From: Octopus vulgaris
Taxonomy: Eukaryota
NCBI GenBank assembly: GCA_951406725.2
Contig: OX597819.1
Coordinates: 66,278,001 to 66,342,000, forward strand
Length of the DNA: 64,000 nt
Reading direction: 5' to 3'
In this document: positions 55,920-64,000 of the stretch, piece after piece
Numbering within the stretch: position 1 is the first letter of the stretch
How the letters are laid out: every line of letters starts with the position of its first letter
Made by a program: the position numbers and the translations under genes
The notes under the pieces: model-generated
Databases searched by the model: none
What the model saw: the letters and a program-made list of their open reading frames with translations, nothing else
Told to the model about the DNA's origin: nothing

Positions 55920-58280
55920 TTGGTGGTGATGGGGGATGTTGATGGTGGTGGTGGTGGTGGTGGTTATGCTGGTGGTTGTGGAGGTGTTTGTGCTAGTGGT
56001 GGTGATGGTGGTGGTGGTTGTGGTGGTTGTAGTGGTGGTGGTGATGATGGTGGTTGCGATGGTGGTGGCGTTTGAGGTGGTAGTGGTGTTGGTGTTGGTA
56101 TCTATGCTGGTGGGGGTGGTCATAGTGGTGATGGTGATTGTGGTGTTTGTGGTGCTGCTGGCAGTGGTGGTTGTGGTGATGATGGTGATTATGATTGTCG
56201 TGGTGGTGGTGTTTGTATTGGTGGTGGTGCTTGTGGTGGTGGTGGTGGTATTTGTAGTGGTAGTGATGGTGGTTGTGGTGATGATGGTGATTATGATTGT
56301 GGTGGTGGTGGTGTTTATAGTAGAGGTGGTGGTTGTGGTCATAGTGGTATTTGTGGTTGTGGTTATGGTGGTGCTTGTGGTGGTATTGTTTATACTGGTG
56401 GAGGTGGCGGTTGTTTTTAAGCTGGTAGTGGTGGTGGCGATTGTGGTCGTAGTCATGTTGGTAGTTGTGTCTGTGTTGGTGGTTCTTGCGGTAGTGGTTG
56501 TTGAGGTGGTTGTGGTTATTGTTGTGTTTGGTTGTGATGGTTGTGGTGGTTGTGGTTGTACTGGTGGTGCTGGTGGTAGTTTTTGTCCTGGTAGTAGTCG
56601 CAGTTCTAGTTGTACTTGTTGTGGTTGCGGATATAGTACTGGTGGTTGTGCTGGTGATGCAGTGATGATATTGCTGATGGTAGCAGAGCTGGTGTTGGTG
56701 GTGCTGCTACAGTGTTCATAATGGCGGTCGTAATGATGGAAATGGTAGAGGTTCTGGTGGGGCAGTGGTGTTGGTTATGACGATGACGGTAGAGATACTA
56801 CTGCAATGGTGGTGCCGATGGGGATGGTTGTCGTAATATTGGTGGAGGTGATATTAGTGATGCTGGTATTTGCAGTTTTGATTATGGTGGTGGTGGTGGT
56901 GGTGGTGGTGAAAGCATTGATGTGATTGTAGTAACTTTGTTAGTGTTATTGATGGTGGTGGTGGTGGTAGTGGTGGTGGTGGTAGTGGTGGTACGGCTGC
57001 TGCTGCTGGCAGTAGTGAAAATGGTGGTTGCGATAGTGGTGCTGGTGTCTTCTTCTTCTTCTTCTTCTTCTTCTTCTTCTTCTTCTTCTTCTTCTTCTTC
57101 TTCTTCTTCACGCGATAGACTGACTTTTGCACATGCGCGAAAGCTACGTTGTTATCCCCATTCCGTAAACAGTGGCTTTTAACTGGTGGAGAGCTGAACC
57201 ATCCTCGGGTACAGAGGATTCGCAATCTCGACTAGGATCTGAAAGTTTACCACACCATAGTGGGTCACACCATGGTTCCTCTGCTTTGTGGCAGAAGTAG
57301 GAAAAAAGAGTGAGAGAAAGTTGTGGTGAAAGAGTACAGCAGGGATCACCACCCCGCCCCGCCGGAGCCTTGTGGAGCTTAGGTGGTTTTGCTCAATAAA
57401 CACTCACAATGCCCGGTCTGGGAATCGAAACCGCGTTCTTATGACCGCGAGTCCGTTGCACTAAGTACTCCACCATTACGCCTTCACTGGTGCTTGTGTT
57501 GGTAGCAGTGGTGGTGTTAGTTAGGGTATTGATGGGGGTGATGGTGGTAGTTGTGATTGTCTTAGTGTTGGTGGTATGATTGTGGTGGTGACGGCATGTC
57601 TGTGGGCGGTGCTGATAATAACGGTGATGGCTGTGGCGGTGGCGGTGGCGATGGATCTGTTGTTCGTTTAATTAATGTTGGAGAAGGTGGTGTGTGGGAT
57701 GCTACTGGCCATGATGGTAGTGTTGGTGTCGGGGGTAGTGATGGTGGTGGAGGTGATGCGATGGCGGTGCCGTCGCTGGTGTTGATGTCAGAGGAGACAT
57801 GGTTGGTGATGGCAATGACTGATGGTAGGGATGACAGAAGCGTTGATCACGTGGAGGTGGTGGTGGTGGTGGTGGTGGTTATGGTGGGTGGGGATGGTTG
57901 TTGTGGTGATGTCGATGGTGGTGGTGACGATGAATCCGGAGGTGTGTCTCTTCATGTTGGAGGATGTAGTGGTAATGATGGTAGTGATGCTGCTGCCAAA
58001 ACTAATGATGATGATGTTGATGGTGGTGGGGGTGGCGGCGATAACCACTCTGGTTTGAAGAGTCACGATTATGGTAACTTCAGTGTTGCCGTTGAGGGGG
58101 CATTTATGGCAATGGTAGAGGTGGTGGTGATGGTAGTATTGAGGACGTGAAGTGGAGGTAGTGTTGCTATATCGGTAGTAGGGGTTCAGGTCTTTATGAT
58201 TAAACCAGTGGTTGTGACGTTATGGTCGTAGTAGAAGTGGAAGTGATGCTAATAGTTGTGATGGTAGCGACGGCAGGAAA
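55920..58280. repeat. Long degenerate (GGT)n low-complexity region
   Basis: Directly visible; interrupted by (TTC)n and a SINE. Confidence 0.9.
57170..57483 (-). mobile_element. tRNA-derived SINE (family C)
   Basis: Minus strand begins ggcgtaatggtggag...gcggtttcgattcccagacc (A/B-box-like), then gtgtttattgagcaaaaccacctaa. Confidence 0.7.
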
Positions 58281-58289
58281 GACAGATTT

Positions 58290-58597
58290 TCCCCTACTTC
58301 AAGCCAGAATCAGTCCGAACGCCTGGGAAACAGAAGCCTCCAAACGTCCCCTTTGGCAAAGAGCAATTCATTTCGGTTGCTTCACTTTTGATGAGAGGAG
58401 AAAGACTGAAGAAAAAGCAAACAGAAGGAAACGCAAGGCCCGACAATGGCAACAAAGATCACCTCACGCTCTGCCATGTGATCAATGCCCGAGACTGCTC
58501 CATCTTTGACTTGGCTTTCTGAGCCATGTCATGTTTAAGGATCATGGAGGCAGATGAACCAACCTCAGAAACGAGTGGCGCCGACGACTACGATGAC
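58290..58597 (+). mobile_element. RTE-like LINE 3' fragment
   Basis: ISPNAWETEASKRPLWQRAIHFG...RRKRK...CDQCPR followed by LSH (zinc-finger-like end). Short 3' UTR ending in GAC-type repeats. Confidence 0.7.
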
Positions 58598-59439
58598 GGG
58601 AAGTGGAGGTAATGCTAATATTTATGATGGTTAGGGGTAATGGTGTTGATAGCGATAATGGTAGTTCTTGCTGGTAATTTACATGATGCTAATAAAGAAA
58701 TGAGAGCAATGGCGATTATAAAGAGTCTTATGCTACAGTCGTACTAGGAGGACTGGGTTGTGGTTGTAGATACGTTTTTCTTTTTGGTGTTTTATTTCCA
58801 ATCTCACGTCTTTGATCGAAAGACAGTAATTGAACCATCTCTGCTGAGCGTGGGATGTTTTCCAGACGAAAACACTTACCACTTCTCCTCTCATGGATGG
58901 GCCAGTAGGAAAGACAAGTTCTCAGCATCCATGGAACTGCAGAGACTGACAGATATTCGTTTCACTGTAACCGTACACATATAAGCATCCATGAAGCCAC
59001 AGAAGGTGACATATTGGTTAAAAACAACTGCACGTATCTAAGGGTCCTACCCTCTGGGCTTTCTATAGGGGCTTACTCCCTTAAATTTCTTTGAAAACCA
59101 CAATTAATTCCTCCACAACGCAAAATAAGGCTTCATTATCATATTAGGCATGGAAGACCACAAGTAGTCTTACACACATCTTTCAAATTTCTGTTTGTCT
59201 CCGGCAACGAGTGACACGAGGCAGAGTAGCCATCAAGATGCTGGATTTGTATGGAGCTATCTTCTGGCAGATGAGCACCTACAAAGCTGAATCTTCTCTG
59301 AATCGGAAGGATCGTCTATATACGAGTGACCGTCTTTTGGACGGTCCCTCTAGCATCCATGAAATGTTAATTAACACAGTGCTGCTGCTTCGAGTCAGAG
59401 TAGACCTTGTGGGCAATAAAGAAATAGGTATTACATCTG

Positions 59440-59760
59440 AATTTACGTTCTGAATTCAAATTCCGCCGAGGTCGACTTTGCCTTTTATCCTTTCGTTGTC
59501 GATAAATTAATTACCAGTTGCGTACTGGAGTCAATCTAATCGACTGGTCCCCTCCCTAAATATTTCAGGCCTTGTGCCTAGAGTAGAAAAGAATATATTT
59601 GTAATATGTCGTCTGTCTTAAAGTTCTGTGTTCAAATTCCGCCGAAGTCGACTTTGCCTTTTATCCTTTCGGGGTCGATAAATTAAGTACCAGTTGCGTA
59701 CTGGAGTCGATGTAATCGACTCAAATATTTCGGGCCTTGTGCATAGAGTGGAAAAATATA
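59440..59760 (+). mobile_element. Two tandem 5'-truncated SINE family B copies
   Basis: ttcaaattccgccga.gtcgactttgccttttatcctttcg occurs at about 59455 and 59631. Confidence 0.85.
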
Positions 59761-60177
59761 TCTGTAATGTGATAATATCGTGAGGACAGTTATAGGAAAG
59801 CAGTTGCAGAGACAATAGTAGAATTGCAGTTGTAGTTGTGTAGTGACAGTAGTAGATGCAACAGAGACAATATTCCCGGTAGCGCTTGTTGAGTTGACGC
59901 TAATAAATTTGGTGGGGCAGGTGATTGGGGTGATTCTGAGAGTTGTGGTGTTGGCAGTCATAGTATGATGTTTGTGGCAGATGTTGTGTTGGTGATGATT
60001 GTGGCTACAATAAAGTTTGTAATAGTAGTAGAACTGATGGTTATGGTTACGTTGCTAATCATTGTATAATCGAGGTAATGATTGGAAGGATGTTAAGTTA
60101 TTTTGATGGTGATGACCATCATGGTATGATTGCCTGTAGTGGTGGTCATGGTGGTAATATTAATGGTGGTAATATTA

Positions 60178-60392
60178 AGAGCGGCGAGCTGGCAGAATCG
60201 TTAGCAAGCCAGGAGAAATTCTCTGCTGATACATTCTTAGTTCAAATTCCACCGAGGTTGACTTTGCCTTTCATCCTTTCGGGGTCGATTAAATAAGTAC
60301 CAGTTATGCACTGGGGTCGATGTATTCGACTTAATCCCTTTGTCTGTCCTTATTTGTCCCCTCTATGTTTAGCTCCCTGTGGGCAATAAAAA
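60178..60392 (+). mobile_element. SINE family B with an alternative 3' end
   Basis: gcggcgagctggcagaatcgttagc...cctttcggggtcgat...tttagctccctgtgggcaataaa. The same 3' end is at about 46790-46872 (-). Confidence 0.85.
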
Positions 60393-61076
60393 AATAAATA
60401 TTAAGGAGGATAAAGGCTAGTTAATTTCTTCTACCCTAGACTTACTTTACCTGATATATAAAAGGAGATTTGGCTGTTATTTCTAGTAAGTCAAGCGGTC
60501 ACGTAGAGGTTCTTGTATTCTCTCAATGTGTTCGCGTCATCTCATTATACACATCCACTCGGAATATGTTGACTATTTGCCAGTTAAAGATATCCATATA
60601 ATGGCCAGTAATGGACTTTTCGATAGAAGAAGAGAATTAGAGATAGACTTCAAAAGATGCCTAGAAATTTAGTACTTAGTTTTGATCCTTTACATCACGG
60701 TTTCGACTCAAGCCCGAGGACAGTTTGGTTTGTGATGTCCCTTCGATCAATGAAACAATGTCGTTGTTTAACTCCTGGCCACATCTCAACGAAACAGATA
60801 TATGATGAAAGGTATTTTCATGATCAAAGGTTTTTCCATGTAATTTAAGGGAAGTAAAATACCATATTATGTTACTTCTTTGTTTCTTAATATTTTTCTC
60901 CTTCTTTAAGTCAGAGGTGTGCGATTTAAGGGACAGTTGGCTGCTGTTTCTTGTTATTTCTATATCCACAGAAACGTAACCAAGTGTTCGAACCTGCAGT
61001 AATTTTTGTCAATATGATTTTTGTCCAGTACATACTAGTTGTGCATTCTAGAGCCTTGTCATGAAACTTTGCGAAA

Positions 61077-61150
<74 letters not shown>

Positions 61151-61160
<10 letters not shown>

Positions 61161-61497
61161 GGGTTCAGCAACGATTAACTTCACCACACACCGAAGTTTA
61201 GAAATAGCAGTCAAAATCTTAGCTATTCCTTCTACTTTAAAGGGAGTTCCCAGAAAAACCAAAGCTCTTGAAAACAAAGAACTTTGCTTTGGTTTTTCTG
61301 GGAACTCCCTTTAAAGTAGAAGGAATAGCTAAGATTTTGACTGCTATTTCTAAACTTCGGTGTGTGGTGAAGCTAATCGTTGCTGAACCTTAATTATATA
61401 GTATTACTTAAACTTACCATAAAATGGTCTTTTTCATGTCGAATCCTACTTGGTGAAATTATTAATTATTTCTTAATTAATTAATTTCACCCTTTGT

Positions 61498-61500
<3 letters not shown>
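61151..61500. repeat. Fold-back element: 115 bp arms, 20 bp spacer, tail of about 100 nt, inside (TA)n
   Basis: 61151-61265 vs 61286-61400 near-perfect inverted. Tail 61401-61500. Long (TA)n on both sides. Confidence 0.95.
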
Positions 61501-61561
<61 letters not shown>

Positions 61562-61564
61562 AGA

Positions 61565-61881
61565 GAGCGACAGAGAGTCGGGCCTAAGATTGTGAGGTTG
61601 TGAGTTCGAATCCCGGACTGGGCTGCGTATTGTGTTCGTGAGCAAGACACTTTGTTTCACGTTGCTCCAGTTCACTCAGCTGTGGAAATGAGTAGCGATG
61701 TCTCAGGTGCCAAGCTGTATCGGCCTTGGCCTTAACCTTGGATAATACTGGTGGCGCGGAGAGGAGAGGCCGGTATGTATGGGCGACTGCTGATCTTCCA
61801 TAAACAACCTTGCCCGGACTTGTGTCTGGGAGGGTAACTTTCTAGGTGCAATCCCATGTTCAGTCATGACCAAAGGGGGTC

Positions 61882-61883
<2 letters not shown>
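61565..61883 (+). mobile_element. tRNA-derived SINE with CORE/V-like central domain
   Basis: B box gagttcgaatccc, then tgtgttcgtgagcaagacacttt...ttgctccagttcactcagctg...aaatgagt. (TA)n flanks. Confidence 0.75.
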
Positions 61884-61934
<51 letters not shown>

Positions 61935-62253
61935 TTGATAAGTGTAAGCGCCTGTATATGCCAGATAGTGGCAGAGGCGAGAGAGAATATATCAAATATA
62001 ATTAAAAACATAATTTTTGTAGGAAACGCCAATTGTAAAGTAAAATCTTTTTATTTTATTTACAAAAGATTGCCGAAACTATGCATAGTCCAGGAAAGAT
62101 AGGGTAAACGTTTTTATTTCTCTTTCCCTTTCAGAATTACAACTATTAATGGTTTGGAGTTTAACTGCTCTTTCTAGTGAGTCAGATGTCCTATTATGGT
62201 CATCTCTTATGCATTTAACTGCACACTGTATTTTTCTATAAATATAAATATAA

Positions 62254-62330
<77 letters not shown>

Positions 62331-62392
62331 GTGAAGGGAAGAAATGGAGCTGAACGAAGATTCTACATAATTCCTTTTTATTATCTTCTCAA

Positions 62393-64000
62393 ATGAGAAC
62401 ACAGCCGCTTAGCCCTAAACAGCCTAGATTCATTGTGAAGGACCACAAACCTAATTTGTACACCAACCCAGCGTTAAGGCTCATATGCCCTTCTAGTTCT
62501 GACATCGACGCTATCAGTAAGTACATTTTAGACAAATATATTCCTAGTTTAGTCAATAAGCTGAAGCTTAGCCTCTGGGCGAACTCCTCGCAGGTCGTTA
62601 AGTGGTTCTCTTCTATCCCTAATAAAAACCGAACTAAGTTCATTCAGTTCGATATTGCTAGCTTCTACCCCTCAATTGACCCTAGTGTACTTAATAAGGC
62701 CCTGTGGCATGCACATAATAAGGCAGGCCTCACTAGAGAAGAAATTGATATAATCCTTGTAGCCAGAAAATCTTTCATAAAGTTTGACAATAAGTTGTGG
62801 GTTCGTAAAGATACCCCCAACGAGTTCGATGTGCCTATGGGTAGTTCAGATAGCGCGCAGATTGCCGATTTGGTCGGAATATATATTCTCTACGAATTAT
62901 CCGACCAGTTCCCGGAAATCCGGGGCGGCCTATATCGTGACGATTGTCTGTTTTACTTGCAAAACACCACGAACAGAATCGTTCAGAAAACTAAAAAAGG
63001 TTAGCTAGGTTCTTTAATAGGATGGGCATGAGTATAGTTTTTGATAACGAACTAACGAAGGCTAATTTCTTAGATGTCACACTTAACCTCCATAGCGATT
63101 CTTACTGCCCTTACCATAAGCCTTCTACTAACTTAAAGTATGTCAGTGTCTTCTCGAATCACGCTAAAACTATAACAGACAATTTGGTTAAAAATATTTC
63201 TCAAAGATTGACCAATTTGTCTGCTAATGTCGACATTTTTAGGCAGAATGAGGAATTTTATAATGCCGCCCTGTCTAAAGCCGGTTATAGGGAGAAGGTA
63301 GTATATATAGATCCTGCCCTTCCGATGCCAGCATTCTGTCATCGGGATAGGGCCGGCTACAATAACATAAATAATTTAAGTAGTGATGATAGCCCGAGGA
63401 ATGTCGGAACAAGTACATCTAGAATAAATTTAGGTAACATAAATAATTTGCGGTCCAGGGGAGGCAATAGTAAGCCAAAACCTATTATTCAGCATAGAAA
63501 TACCCACCTTAATGTCAGAGTTGACTCCCCGACCCATTAGAAAAGCAGGAATAAATACATTTGGTTTGTAATTCCCTTTGGTAAACAAATAAGATCTAAT
63601 CTACCCCTACAGTTTCGCCAAGCCATTGCCAGTAATTTTCCCAGAAATTCCAGATATTACGCCACTGTTAACTCACACAAAGTTAGGATAGCCTTCTCAA
63701 ACACAAAATATCTCTCCCAGATAATTTCCTCCCATAACAATAAGCTGCTAAATAAGACCCTATCACTCTCGTCCGGAGACGCAGCTCCGTATAATGCTAG
63801 AATAGCGAACAGTAATAATAATAGTAATAGTGATAATAGAACCGGCACAGAGATTAGCAATCTGCATACCAGCCATGGAGTCAATAATAGGAATATGGAT
63901 AGGAGCAATGTTGACGGCACTAACGTTAGTTATAGTAATAGGGTTGAGAGCACTGTCCGAGTCACTAATGTAGAGAGTCCTAATAACACCTTTAGCAGCG
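62393..64000 (+). mobile_element. Penelope-like element 3, RT region (frameshift near 62998, in-frame TAG 63538-63540); runs off the right edge
   Basis: KDHKPN...RLICP...FDIASFYPSI...FDVPMGSSDSAQIADLVG...GLYRDD...NFLDVTLNL...PYHKP...SNH. After the stop: IWFVIPF...FP...IISSHN. Confidence 0.9.

Noticed and set aside
55896-58150. Mucin-like Thr-rich, Val-rich or Gly-rich ORFs
   Set aside because: Degenerate (GGT)n open on both strands and interrupted by a SINE; no splice or domain support.

Overview
AT-rich, microsatellite-saturated eukaryotic DNA. The SINE sequences resemble octopod cephalopod families; this is my recognition, not a database match. No host protein-coding exon can be supported, and most ORF-track entries are translations of (TA)n/(CA)n/(TCTA)n repeats. 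The window holds three CR1-group LINE 3' fragments, one RTE-like 3' fragment, three Penelope-like elements (PLEs; RT and/or GIY-YIG), two mariner remnants, two Tigger/pogo-like MITEs, many tRNA-derived SINEs and one 5S-rRNA-headed SINE sharing a LINE 3' tail. The main signal is an architecture seen at least six times from about 0.27 to 6.4 kb: microsatellite, arm, spacer, inverted arm, unique 30-100 nt tail, (TA)n. The two large cases are PLEs with both 3' ends facing outward and hammerhead-ribozyme motifs near the ends. In both, the tailed copy is the shorter one and the tail-less copy ends at an internal AT-rich motif. This suggests a double-priming integration route into (TA)n (inference). 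Coordinates were read by eye and may be off by a few bases.
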